Of a DNA stretch of 64,000 bases, positions 51,952 to 64,000 are shown piece by piece (the first letter of the stretch is position 1; the number at the start of each line of letters is the position of its first letter). The translations under genes and the position numbers were made by a program. The notes beneath the pieces were generated by a model that made no database searches, had not been told where the DNA came from, and saw only the letters and a list, made by a program, of their open reading frames with translations. Source of the stretch: Mobula hypostoma (lineage: Eukaryota); the NCBI RefSeq assembly GCF_963921235.1, contig NC_086097.1:81408001-81472000 (forward strand), given 5' to 3'.

Positions 51952-52744
51952 CAGTGCATATGGAAAGCATTCACCCTCCTTGGAAGGTCTCATCTTTTAT
52001 TTTTTAATCAACATTGAATCACAGTGGATTTAATTTGGCTTTTTAGACACCGATCAACAGCAAAAGACTCTTTCATATCAAAGTGAAAGTAGATCACTGC
52101 AAAGTGATCTAAATTAATTAAAAATATAAAATGCAAAATAATCAATTGCATAAGTATTCACCCCATTCAAGTCAATATTTAGTAGGTGCATCTTTGGTGC
52201 AATTACAGCCTTGAGTCTGTGTGGATAGGTCTCTGTCAGCATTGCACATCTGTACACTGCAATTTTTCCCATTCTTCTTTACAAAACTGCTCAGGCTCTG
52301 TCAGATTGCATGGGGATCATGAGTGAACAGTCCTTTTTAAGTCCAGTCACAAATTCTCAATTGGATTGAGGTCTGGACTCTGACTTGGTCACTCCAGGAC
52401 ATTAACTTTGTTGTTTTTAAGCAGTTCCTGTATAGTGTTGGCTTTATGCTTGGGGTCATTGTCTTGCTGGAAAACAAATCTACAAATCTTCTCCCAAGTC
52501 ACGGTTTGATGTGTCCTATTAACGGGGGGGGGGGAGAGAATACTTATGCAATCAGTTATTTTGGGTTTAATATTTGTAATTAATATAGTTCACTTTGTAG
52601 AGATCTGTTTTCACTTTGACATGAAAGTCTTTTTCTGTTGATCAGTGTCAAAAATGCCAAATTAAATCCAATGTTGTAAAACGATAAAACATGATAACTT
52701 CCAATGGGGGTGGGGGGAGAGATGAATACTTTTTATAGGCACTG
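51952..52744 (-). mobile_element. Tc1-like transposon, internally deleted
   Basis: TA-CAGTGC...GCACTG-TA ends with long (about 200 bp) imperfect TIRs. Minus-strand remnants FQQDNDPKHKA and PSQSPDLNPIEN. Confidence 0.9.
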
Positions 52745-52887
52745 TATGATCCTTTGATCAGAACCAGTGTCAGATTGTTCCAAATCTTCGGGGCACCTCT
52801 TGCAATGTTGGCAGCTGTTTGTGGACAAGGATTTGCAGGTCTTTCGGAACAAAAATAATGATGCTGGCAATCTATAAATATAGTGTA

Positions 52888-53290
52888 TATGAGGGGTGAT
52901 TGATAAGTTTGTGGCCTAAGGTAGAAGGAGTCATTCCCCTCCTACATGTGCACACTTAGTCCAGCGGTTGTGGAGCATATGGATCCCTTCTTTGGAGAAA
53001 TGTTCCACAGCAGGGGTGATTGATAAGACCGTGGCCTAAGGTAGGAGGAGGTGAGTTATTAACTTCAAACTTATTGCATTATCACTCAAAGAATTGAAAT
53101 GCACGTGCATGTAACGAGAGCATCTTGGACCTCCAGGTGATCCACAGCAGGGGTGACAGATAAGTTTGTGGCCTACGGTAGTAGGAGATGAGTTATACAG
53201 CTCTCGTTACATGCACATACAGTTCAACTCTGAGTGAAAATGCAGGAAGTTTGAAGTTTCTCCTCACTTTAGGCCACAAACTTATCAATC

Positions 53291-53292
<2 letters not shown>
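52888..53292. mobile_element. Mariner-like MITE with internal repeats of its TIR
   Basis: GGGGTGATTGATAAGTTTGTGGCCTAAGG occurs three times (about 52893, 53013, 53150) and once inverted (53269-53292). Confidence 0.7.

Positions 53293-53325
<33 letters not shown>
53293..53325. repeat. (TG)n microsatellite
   Basis: Directly visible. Confidence 0.95.
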
Positions 53326-53327
<2 letters not shown>

Positions 53328-53349
53328 TCTGCAGTATCGGGTCCCAGGT

Positions 53350-53945
53350 CTCTTCCCACAATCCAGGATACAACTGCTGCCAGGGGAAGCAGTAATTTGT
53401 TTGCACTTCGCCCAATTCACCATATTGCATGTGTGCTCAGAACAGATCTTCCTCTGCACTGGAAAAACTGAATTCTAATCTGGAGAGCACTTTACTGAAC
53501 AGCTCTGCTCATTTTACAAGATCAACACTGATCTTCCAGTTGCCCGTTATTTTAATTCTTCATTATAGTCCCATTCTTGCCTTTCTCTTTATCCTCTGAC
53601 ACTGTTCCAATAATGCCCAATACAAATTTAATGAACAGCACCTCTTCTGACACGATTCAGACTTTAGGATTCAATATTGAATTCTACAATCTCAGGGAAC
53701 CACCATCAATCCACCCCCCCCCCACCCCACCCCCAATGATTCTTTACTTTTCCTGTTCCTAGCTTTTTTATAGCAGCAATTACTAGCTGGCCAGCTTCAG
53801 TCTGGACACCATCATAAACTATTTTCCATATTCTCTCTGCAACACTAACCACAATTATATTCTCTTTTTTTCCATTCCGATGAAGTGTTCTTGACTCTAA
53901 ATGTCGACTGTTTCTCTCCCCTCGGGATCCATTTGACATAGTGAG
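53350..53945 (+). mobile_element. Old PLE 3' remnant (GIY-YIG region and decayed pLTR)
   Basis: gagcactttactgaacagctctgctc...gatcttccagttgcccgttattttaattct (DLPVARYFNS). Decayed hammerhead ccgatga...atgtcgactg at 53877-53910. Confidence 0.6.
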
Positions 53946-55935
53946 ATCACTCTGCAATGTTGTCTGTATGCTTGTTTTGTCTGACATCAAGGTCAATGCT
54001 GATTGTTGGGTCCATTTTTCTCCTTTGAGAATTTAATGTTTCCCCGCCTCCCCCCACCCCAATAAGCTCAGTTCCATATTTGGTATCAGTAATACTTGTT
54101 TATTTTTTATTGCAGACTCACTGAGTTGCTTGAATTTTCATTCCCAAGCTGCCCTGGATCATTGTTCAAACTTCCAAATTATTAGTGCAGTGTAGTATAA
54201 CCACTGTAATACTACATCCATTAAGCAACCATTCAACCATAAATGAACAGCAATGACTAAAAACTTTCTAGTGGATGATGACCTCCATGTTGCTATTGAA
54301 ACTGGAGGAAACTGATTCAAGCATGTATTTGCTTTTTTAAAAACTGATTTAATATTACAGATGAGAGTTACCATAATAAACATGAGGTCCTTCAGACCGA
54401 AGGCTGCAAGAAGCTTGAGCATGATAGCAACAACGATAGAATACTTTCCATACAAAATATCCTGTTCATTAATGAGTACAGATCAACTTGCTAACCACCA
54501 GTTTTATGCTTGGCCTTACTATAGATACTAATGTACTCTTGCAGTATCAAAAGATACTACAGCTCTTGGCAGAATAAAAATTTGAAAAAAATTGTCAATT
54601 ACCTATCTTGGCATCCTTTTTAACAACTGTTAATGGGGGGGGGGGTGGTAATAAGCTTTAAAAAAAAATCAAAAGCACAACAAAAGGGAGCTTCACCAAA
54701 AATAACACCAAATCTTTTCCCATACATGAAGATCAAAATACTGCAGAAGCTAGAAACCCTCAGGCAGCAACAGAAAATGCTGTTGACCTGAAATGTTAAG
54801 TCTTCCTCTTTCCAAGGTCCCCATTATTCTTACAGGCACTTCCACTTCCCCTGCTTAATATCCAATTATACAGTATTTTGTTTTCTTTTGAGCTAAGAAA
54901 TTGCAGTGACCAGTGACTGGCAGTCATTCAGAATCAACCAGAAAAATTGCACTTTTGACACATCTTACGAAAGTAATGATGATCAGCAATATTCTGAGGC
55001 CAGCTGGAAGAAACAAGAAAATAGGAGCCGCACTCAGCGTTTCAAGACTACCCTGCTATTTGTTGTAACCATCGCTGATCAGCCCGAGGCTTCATCTCCA
55101 ATTTAAAATTGGTAAATTGTTAGTAAATTGCGTATTAGGTCACATGTACTGAGGTAAAGTGAAAAACTATTTTACATGCCAGCCATGCAGATCAATTCAT
55201 TACAGCAGTGCATTGAAGTAGTACAATGGAAAACAGTAACAGAATGAAGAATATTCTAATAAGGTTACAGAGGAAGTGCTTTGCAGACACAAAGTGGAAG
55301 GCCATAACAAAAGAGAAAGTGAAGTCAAGATCCTATCTCATCGTAGTCTATTAAAGTCAAAGTTTATTATCATATATACAAGTACATGTACATGCATATA
55401 TGCAAAACTACAAGTAATAGAATAAGTCAACTTCTTTAATACAAGAGGTTTTGATAGGGTGGTATTTCTTCAGAGCATCCAAGAGGGGTTTTTGAAACAT
55501 TATGTGGAGAGTCCAACTAAAGGAAAGAACATACTGGACTTAGTTTTGGAAAACGAGCCAGGCCAGGTAACGGATCTCATGATGGGTGAACATTTCGGTA
55601 AGAGAGATCACAATTCATTATGTTCTAAGATGGTTATGAATGAGGATAAAATCAGGTCTTGTGGGAAGGTACTAAATTGAGAGAGGAAAATTATGACAGC
55701 ATAAGATAAGAGCTAAGAGGGGTTGATTGAGAGCAGCTGCTGATGGACAAGTTCAGATATGACATGCAGGAGATGTTTAAAGATCAGATGATCAGAGTTT
55801 GGGGTCAGCATGTCCCAGAAAAGAGCATGGACAAGAAAAGGTACCTTGGATTACCAAGGCCAGAAAGGAGATTGATGGTAGGGCAGTGGATGTCATCTTT
55901 AGTAAGGGATTTGACGGGGTCCCTCAAGGTAGTTT

Positions 55936-56208
55936 GATGATGATGATGATGACGACGATGACGTCGACTCAGACCTGAGAGGCCAGCGTCGGGCATTTTC
56001 ATGCCTTACAAGGCGCACTTCGAAAGGCTGTGTGGGGCGCCACTCCTTGCACAGACATTTCGCAGTATTATTTTACGAGGCCGAGTTGCGAGCTCGACAT
56101 CAACCCGACGGGGATGGAGAGCACACACAGGGGTGGCCTGTCACTGGATCAAACTCAGGAACCTCTGTTCTCCAGCCCGGCGCTTATCTCACTGCACCAC
56201 CAGCCAAC
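55936..56208 (-). mobile_element. tRNA-derived SINE with RTE-type 3' tail
   Basis: Head TGGTGCAGTGAG (A box) and GTTTGATCC (B box). (CAT)n tail. The 3' end is similar to the RTE at 28740-28778. Confidence 0.8.
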
Positions 56209-56487
56209 CAAAAATTAAAAATGCATGGGATCCAGGGTGAATTGCAAACTTAGATTCAGAAATAGCTTGACATTAGAAGAGAGAAGGTAGCGGGTGGAAA
56301 GTTATTCTTCCCGCCGGAGGTCCATGACCAGTGATGCTGAGCCCTCTGCTTGTGATAGGCATTAATTATTTGATGGACTATAATGGGCAGATTAGCAAGT
56401 TTACAGAGGAAACCAAGGTTGGAGGTGCTGCGGACAGGGTAATGGATTATCAAAGAATGTAGTTGCACATAGATGACTTGCAGATAT

Positions 56488-56880
56488 AGTCACAGTCATA
56501 GTCATACTTTATTAATCCAGGGAGAAATTGGTTTTGTTACAGTTGTACCATAAATAATAAATAGTAATAAAACCATAAATAGTTAAATAGTAATATGTAA
56601 ATTATGCCAGGAAATAAGTCCAGGACCAGCCTATTGGCTCAGGGTGTCTAACCTTCCAAGGGAGGAGTTGTAAAGTTTGATGGCCACAGGCAGGAATGAC
56701 TTCCTATGACGCTCAGTGTTGCATCTCGGTGGAATGAGTCTCTGGCTGAATGTACTCCTGTGCCCAACCAGTACATTATGTAGTGGATGGGAGACATTGT
56801 AAAAGATGGCATGCAACTTGGACACCATCCTCTTTTCAGACACCACCGTCAGAGAGTCCAGTTCATCCCCACATCCCCAC
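56488..56880 (-). mobile_element. Rex1 3' fragment
   Basis: ORF 56631-56882 (SHPLHNVL..RSTFSQRLIPPRCNTERHRKSFLPVAIKLYN). AATAAA and a (GACTAT)n-like tail. Confidence 0.85.
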
Positions 56881-58379
56881 ATGGGTAGAGATGTGACAGA
56901 TGGGATTTAATCTGAGATGGTAAAGGCAACATATGGCATGCTTGCCTTCAATAATAGAGGTGTTGAGAGAAAGCATAAGGATAACTTCTACCGCCACTAC
57001 CCTAAACTGGTTCTACGACCAACATACTTCACTTGCAAGTCTCTTTCACAACTCTTGTTCTCAGTATTACTTTTTATTTGTAGTTTGTCTTATCAACATT
57101 GGCTGTTTGTCAGTCTTTGTTTATGTATGTTTTTTTTTCATAAAATTCTATTTTGTTTTTTACCCCTGAAATGGAGGTCACAGAAGTAAAACAACTTACA
57201 CGCAACTGTGATCAGTGTACAGGGATAAGTTGACTTTGAGTACTTTGCACATCACTTGCAATGGGCAAAATTGACAGAACTACAGTTAAATGAGTTCAGA
57301 AAGTGTTAGATCAACAAAATGGCTGGTGTGACAATGCAAGGTAGAAAATGGAAGCAAAGCAAAAGGAAGCACACAGCAACAGATAATTTGTTTGTTTGCC
57401 TTCTTAAATATGTGACTGTAAAATTAGGGAGGCTGTGACTAGTCAGCACCTGGGGGCAGTTAAACATTCTGGAAATGTCAACTTGAGTTGGGTATTAGAG
57501 TACCCAAAGGAAAGTGGTGGGATGTTCATTAGTGGAAACTAACATCAAGCGGATAAGTTAATCCTCGAATTAACCAATTACTAATTTGATATTACTACTG
57601 TAGGACAAGTTAATGTAAAGATAGTGAGTCTGAGCTCAAAACTTTGTGCTCAGTGAAGCTCGGTCATTAATTAGAGGCTGATGGACAGGTAAAGGAAAAC
57701 ACAAAATGGGAAGAAGGATAGACATTAGGAGTACAGCCCAAAATACTGTAGATACTGCAAACCTAAAGTAAGTACATAAAATGGTGGAAACACACAGTAA
57801 GTTAAACATCTGTGGAAGAGAGAGAACAAGAGGGGACAATTTGGGTCAATAAAGTGGGAAAAGTTAAGATAACCAGTGGAGCATTCACCTCATGGCATTG
57901 GAAACACAGGTTTAGACTTGATCTGCGGTGCCACCAATGTGCACTTGTATCCATTCTCCATATCTTGAGAGCTTCCTTCCATATCCCAGAGAACGACGAG
58001 TTAGGAAGTTAATTGGCCACTGAACAGTAATTCCTAGTGTGTATCTGAATGGTGGAATCTGGGGGTGGGGGTAGTTTTTGGGAATATGGGAGGGGGGAAT
58101 AAAAGATGGATTCCCATAGTATTAATGTAAATTGGTAGTGCAGATTTGGTTAGTGGGGGGGGGGGGGTGTTTCTGTGCCATACCTCTGCATGAATCTAAA
58201 ATAAACTTCCAGATGCAGAGAAAGTTAGAGGGAAGGACAGAATCTGAGATGAGCAGAAAGGCAAGGGAAATTAAATGACAAATGGGATATGGAACAAGGT
58301 GAAAGAGGACAGTAAAAGGGAGATTTCAAGGAGATGCAAATAAGAACGATATTTGAAACTACTGGAACAATGAAACAGC

Positions 58380-58870
58380 ACTGGAAACACAAACTGCCAA
58401 TGTTCTGAAATTATTCATTCCCGAGGGCTGCAATGTGCTAAATTGGAAGATTAGCTGCCGTGCCTTGAGCATACACCAAGTTTCACTGATAAGAAAGGGA
58501 GGTCAGAATTGGAATGGGCTGGAGAATTAAAATGGCAGGCAACTGTAAGTTTGGGGAAAGTCTTAAAGAATAAACAAAATAATCCATAAAGCAGTCATCC
58601 GAACTACATTGATTTCCCCCTTGCAGGAGTGACATTGTGAGCGTGGAATTATGGTACAAAATCAGGAATACAGAAATGGTCACCCTTTCATGAGAAAGCC
58701 TGTCCTGATGACAGCATAGATGCTGTAAATTCTGCACAATTGATGGGGTGTGAGTTTCGGTAGAGATGGAAGAGGAAACCATGGCATTCTGAAAGGAAGG
58801 TCCACTGAAAGGAAGGGAAAGGGGATGTTTGTTAGGTTGTGGCATCAAGTTGGAGGAGTCAGAAATTACA
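58380..58870 (-). mobile_element. Very old PLE remnant
   Basis: cccgagggctgcaatgtgc..gaagattagctgccg and ggaatgggctggagaattaaaatggcaggcaactg align with 13550-13700. Confidence 0.5.
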
Positions 58871-59067
58871 GGTGATGATCCACTGAAACGGAGAAGAGCA
58901 AGGACAAAGCAAACACAATCCCTGTACTGAGTGGGAGAAGAAAGAGTGGACCAATATTTTGGGAAATAAAAGCAAAGGAGAAAGGAAGGAGATGAATGGA
59001 AGCATTAAAACCATCAGACAAAGGAGGAAAATTAGGCCATTCACCCCATTCAGTCTGCACCACATTC

Positions 59068-60047
59068 AAATCAAATCAATTTTAATTATCATTCAACCAT
59101 ACATATATACAGTCGAACGAGACAGCGTTCCCCTGGGGCCAAAGTGCAAAACATACAAAAAGCACATTCTAAATTAGACAGCAAACATTCCAGATAGTGT
59201 GCAACATTCAAAATAGCCAGCAAAGAAGCATATTCACTCAAAAAATATACATATAGTCCAAGACCCTGAGCGACATGTCCTGCAATCGATGGAACTGTCT
59301 CCCGGTGGTGTGCAAACGCACACAATCCAGCCTGTCATTCCACTGCTCAAACACAGGAGGGCAGCACCTACTCAGATGCAGAGCAATGCACCGCCTCCGC
59401 CATTTCCACATCTGGTCTGCAGCAGTAGGAAAGCCCACGGCTTGAGACCTAGTCCTCTTTACAACCAAGGCTATGCAGCTACCATAATGCCTGTCACCCA
59501 CCATACAAGAGTGACAAGCTTGCCAGAAACTTACATTATCACTGTCCAACCAAGCCTTGCAATGGCAAGTGAAACGTCTGCGACAATCTCCCATGGTTAT
59601 ACTGTTCACCGCCTTCACACACCAACTCCGATGCCTACAAGTAGCAGGGAGTAACACGGTTTGCGGCCACGTCAGCTCCTCTGAACACAAACGGGCTCCG
59701 CCAACATCCCGACCAGCTGCTTTCCTGACAACCCGGCTGCTCCTGTTGCCAACACCAGTCTAGCTACTCCGATGAATGAGCAACAAACAGATGGCAGACA
59801 TCCCACCTCTCCCAGAAGTTCCGGGAGTCTCCCGCAAATTGATGCTGCTACCTCCCTGAAATGAGTTTGCAGGGTGGGTTGTCTGAGATGGAGTAGCCCT
59901 GCAGCACCTAAGCTGTTGGAGTAGAATTGTCTTTTGATCATTAAAAAAAAACAAATTTCACAAAGTAAAAAGCACCTTTGGTTGGCCCCGGAGAGGATGC
60001 TACATTCAAATGCGCCACCACTTCACCAGAAGTCATTAAGCACTGGA
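59068..60047 (-). mobile_element. Non-autonomous Rex/Babar-like retroposon
   Basis: (TTTGA)n tail at about 59066-59080, no ORF, and a 4-bp duplication ATTC at 59064-59067 and 60048-60051. Confidence 0.55.
59795..59885. mobile_element. 91-bp MITE of the same family as 38572-40035
   Basis: TIR CAGACATCCCAC / GTGGGTTGTCTG. 6-bp TSD AGATGG at 59789-59794 and 59886-59891. Confidence 0.9.
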
Positions 60048-60894
60048 ATTCCATCATGGCTGATTTACCATTCATGTCAACCCCATCCTCCTGCCTTCTC
60101 CTTGTAACTTTTGACTCCTTGATGAATCAAGAACCTATCAGCTCCGCTTTAAGTATACCCAATAACTTAACACCCACAACCATCTGTGGCAATGAATTCC
60201 ACAGATTCACTATCTTTTGGCTAAAGAAATTACTCCTCATCTCCATTATAAGAGACATATGGAGATGTTCTCTGCTTTGAGGCTGTGCCCTCTGGTCCTA
60301 GACCCCCACACTAGGAAACATCATCTCCATATCCAAACTATCCAGGCCTTCAATATTTGATAGATTTCAATGGGACTCCCGCCCCCTCCACCGCCACCAT
60401 TCTAACTCAAGCGAGACTCAAGCCCAGACCCATCAAACGCTCCTTATACATTAACACTTTTATTCCCAGAATCATTATCGAACTGCTTATAACACTCTAA
60501 GTGCAGTCTGACCAATGCCTTATAAAGCCTCAGCATCACACTCTTGCCCTTACATTATACTTCTTTTGAAATGAATGTTAACAATGCACTTGCTTTCCTT
60601 AAACCACTAATTAAACCTGCTCGTTAACCTTCAGGAAATCCTACACGAGGACTCACAGGTCCCTTTACAACTCTGATTTTTGAATTTTCTACATGTTTAG
60701 AAAGTAGTTTATGCCTTTACTCCTTCTGCTAAAGTGCATTGCCATACACTTCCCTACACTTTATACCATCTGCCACCACTTCGGCTATTCTCCAAATCTG
60801 TCGAAGTTCTTCTATAGACTCACTGCTTCCTCAACACTACCTGCCCCTCTATCTATCTCCATATGGTCTTCAAACTTGGCCACAAAGCCATCAA

Positions 60895-63683
60895 CTACAT
60901 CTCAATGCAAGTGTTATATCTCAATGCATGGAGTGTAAGAAATAAGGTGGATGATCTTGTTGCACTACTACAGATTGCCAGGTCTGATGTTGTGGCCATC
61001 ACTGAATCATGGCTGAAGGATGGTTGTAGTTGAGAGCAGAATGCCCAAGGAGGAATAGGAAGGCCGGCAGAGCAGTTGGAATGGCTCTGCTTGTAAAGAA
61101 TGGCATCAAATCAGTAGAAAGATGTGACATTGAATCCTGGGTTGAGTTAAGAAACTACAAGGGTAAAAGGATATTGATGGCAGTTATATACAGGCCTCCC
61201 AACAGTAGCTGGAATGTGGACCACGGGATACAACAGGAAGTAGAAAAAGCATGTCAAATGTGCAATGTTATGATAGTCATGAGAGATTTTAACATGCAGG
61301 TCGATTGGGAAAATCACTTTGGAAATGGATCTCAAGAGAGTGAGTTTGTTGAATGCCTACAAGATGACTTTTTAGAGCAGTTAGTCATTGAGCCTTCTAG
61401 GGAATCTGTTATACTGGACTGGGTGTTATGTAATGAACCAGAGGTGATTAGGGAGTTTAAGGTAAAAAAAACCCTTAGGAGGCAGTGATCAAAATATGAT
61501 TGAGTTCAACTTGAAATTTGATAGGGAAAAGTAAAGTCTGATGTAGCAGTATTTCAGTTGAGTGAGGGAAATTACAGTGGTATGAGAAGTTGACCAAAAT
61601 AAATTGGAAGGAGATGCTGGCAGGGATGACAGCAAAGCAGCAATGACACGAGTTTCTAGGAAAAAATGAGGAAGGTGCAAGATAGATGTATTCCAAAAAC
61701 AAAGAAATACATAAATAGCAAATAGTACAACTGTGGCTAGAAGGGAAGTCAAAGCAAATGTAAAGCAAAAGACAGGGTATACAGCAAAGCAAAAATTGGG
61801 AAGCTTTTAAAACCTGACAGAGAGCAACTAAAAGAATCACTAGGAGGGAAAAGATGAAATATGAAATCAAGCTAACAAACAATATCAAAGTGGATAGTAA
61901 AAGCTTTTTTCAAGTATGTAAAAAATAAAAGAGAGATGAGAGAGGATATAGGACTGCTAGAAAACAAGGCCAGAGAAATAATAACGGTGATATGGAGATG
62001 GCAGATGAACTGAGTATTTTGTATCAGTCTTCACCGTGGAAGACACTAGCAATGTGCCAGATGTTGAAGAGTATGAAGGAGAAGGTGCTCAATAACTGAA
62101 AGACCCAAGGGTACATATGTCATCCGGACCAGATGAACTGCACCCAAGGGTTCTGAAAGAGGTAGCAGAAGAGATTGTGGAGGCATTAGCAATGATCTTT
62201 CAAAAATCGTTGGACTCTGGCATGGTGCCCGAGGACTGGAAAGTTGCAAATGTCATACCACTCATTAAGAAAAGAAGAAGGAAGCAGAAAAGAAATTATA
62301 GATCAGTTAGCCTGACCTCAGTGGTTGGGAAGATGTTGGAGTCAACTGTTAAGGATGTACTTATAGGGTACTTGGTGACACAAGACAAAATAGGACAAAG
62401 TCAGCATGGTTTCTTAAGGGAAAATCTTGCCTGATGAACCTGTTGGAATTCTTTGAGGAGGTTACAAGTAGCATAGATAAAGGGGATGTAGTGGATGTTG
62501 TATATTTAGACTTTCAGAAGACCTTTGACAAGGTGCCACACATGCGGCTGCTCACTAAATTAAGAGCCCATGGTATTATAGGAAAGTTACTGGCAAGGTT
62601 AGTGCATTGGATGATTGGTAAGACACAGTGAATGGGAATAAAATAATCCTTTTCTAGTTGGCTGCCAGTAGCTAGTGGTGTTCTGCAGGGGTCAGTGTTG
62701 TGACCACTTCTTTTTATGCTGTGTATCAATGATTTAGATGATGGAATAGATGGCTTTGTTGTCCTGTTTGCAGACAATACAAAGATTGGTGGAGGGGCAG
62801 ATAATGTAGAGGAAACAAGTAGGCTGCAGAAGGACTTGGACAGATAAGGAGAATGGGCAAGAGGGTGGTAAATGAAATAAAATGTTGGAAAATGCATGGT
62901 CATGAACTTTGGTAAAAAAAATATAAATGTGCAGACTATTTTGTAAATGGAGAAAATCCAAAAACCTGAGATGCAAGTAGACTTGGTTGTCCTTGTGCAG
63001 AGCACCTTAAAGCTTAACTTGTAGGTAGAATTGGTGGTGCGGAAGGCAATTCATTTTAAAGGGTCTAGAATACAAGAGAAAGGATGTGATGCTGAGGCTT
63101 TTTAAGGCACTGGTGAGCCCTCAACTTGAGTATTGTGAACATTTTTGGGTTCCTCATCTAAGAAAAGATGTGCTGGTATTTAAGAGGATTCAAAGGAGAT
63201 TCACAAGGATGATTCTGGGAATGAAAGGGTTATCATACAAGGAATGTTTCATAGCTCTGGGTCTGTACTCACTGGAATTTAGAAGAATGGGGGGGGGGGG
63301 AATCTTATTGAAACCTTTCAAATATAGAAAGGCCTAGAATGAGTAAGATGTGGAAAGGATGTTTCTCATGGTGGGGGAGTCTAGGACAAGAGGGCACAGC
63401 CTCAGGATAGAGGAGCGTCCATTTAAAACGGAGATGCAGGGAAATTTCTTTAGCCAGAGGGTGATGAAATTTGTGGAATGTATTACCACAGGCAGCTGTG
63501 GAGGCCAGGTCATTGAGTGTATTTAAGGCAGGTTCTTGATTGGACAGGGCATCAAAGTTTACAGGGAGAAGGCTAGGGAGTGGAGCTGAGGAAGGGGGAG
63601 AAAAAGGATCAGCCATGATTGAATGGCAGAGCAGAGTCAATGGGCCAAATGGCCTAATTCTACTCCTAACGTCTAATGGTCCC
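60895..63683 (+). mobile_element. CR1 LINE with nearly full-length but degraded ORF2 (APE and RT)
   Basis: VLYLNAWSVRNKVDDL, VAITESWL, AVIYRPPNS, DFNM..DW, YLDFQKTFDKVPH, FADNTK, LEYCEHFW. Many stops and frameshifts. CR1 3' UTR ends near 63680. Confidence 0.92.
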
Positions 63684-64000
63684 ATTCTGTCATCAAATCC
63701 ATTGACATATAACATGAAAAGAAGTGGTCTCAACACCACCAGTCACCAGAAGCCAACCAGAAAAAACCTCCTTCATACCCACCCTTTGGCTGGCTATCAG
63801 AGAGCAATCTTCTATCTGTGCTAGTATCTTTCCTGTAATACCATGGGCTCTTATCTTTTTAAGCAGCCTCAAGTGCAGCACCTTGTCAAAGGCCTTCCAC
63901 TGACTCTCTTTGGTTTCTCCTGTTTATTCCTCAAAGAATTCCAACAGATTTGTCAGGTAAGATCTCCTCTTAAGGAAACCATGCTTACTCTGGCCTATTT

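Larger units (their letters stand above)
55455..56985 (+). mobile_element. Fragmented old CR1 interrupted by a SINE and a Rex1 fragment
   Basis: ORF 55459-55680 (VESPTKGKNILDLVLENEPGQV...GKRDHNS) and further RT remnants at 56210-56490 and 56880-56985. Confidence 0.7.
59005..64000 (-). mobile_element. Old CR1 (pieces 59005-59067, 60048-60894, 63684-64000) hosting two later insertions
   Basis: The sequence is continuous when joined: ...gtctgcaccac-attc-catcatggctg and ...cacaaagccatcaa-ttctgtcatcaaatccattgacatataac. Confidence 0.8.

Noticed and set aside
52888..53200. Regularly spaced 30-bp repeats resembling a CRISPR array
   Set aside because: Only three units with long, mutually related spacers, an inverted terminal copy, no cas genes and a eukaryotic context. 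This is a MITE.
54968..55020. Minus-strand mini-exon reading GLRILLIIITF, like the TCR-alpha transmembrane start
   Set aside because: It lacks the conserved Lys and the rest of the domain, and no Ig-domain exons lie nearby.

Overview
Eukaryotic, AT-rich and repeat-dense DNA. It is not prokaryotic: there are no operons, CRISPR arrays or rRNA/tRNA genes. The repeat content is CR1 LINEs, Rex1/Babar, RTE, Tx1, Penelope-like elements, V-domain SINEs, hAT/Tc1/mariner derivatives and a solo LTR. This suggests a vertebrate, most likely a cartilaginous fish such as a ray (inference, not searched). I could not recognise any host protein-coding exon, so the window looks intronic or intergenic, and almost all long ORFs belong to retroelements. 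Five points stand out. (1) A nearly intact Penelope-like element (RT plus GIY-YIG, one frameshift, 12-bp TSD) carries a minimal type I hammerhead ribozyme. It is the innermost layer of a four-deep nested insertion (CR1 > Rex/Babar > CR1 > PLE). (2) Several more hammerhead-bearing pLTR copies occur, including a TSD-flanked palindromic copy whose arm boundary falls at the predicted cleavage site. (3) A DNA-transposon family makes 6-bp TSDs at two independent sites, and one copy carries a Charlie-type hAT transposase fragment. (4) An RTE LINE and a tRNA-derived SINE share a 3' tail. (5) A solo LTR has a 4-bp TSD. None of this is a confirmed new biological system. The best novelty candidates are the chimeric 6-bp-TSD transposon and the ribozyme-linked palindrome. 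Boundaries of old repeats are approximate and were read by eye.
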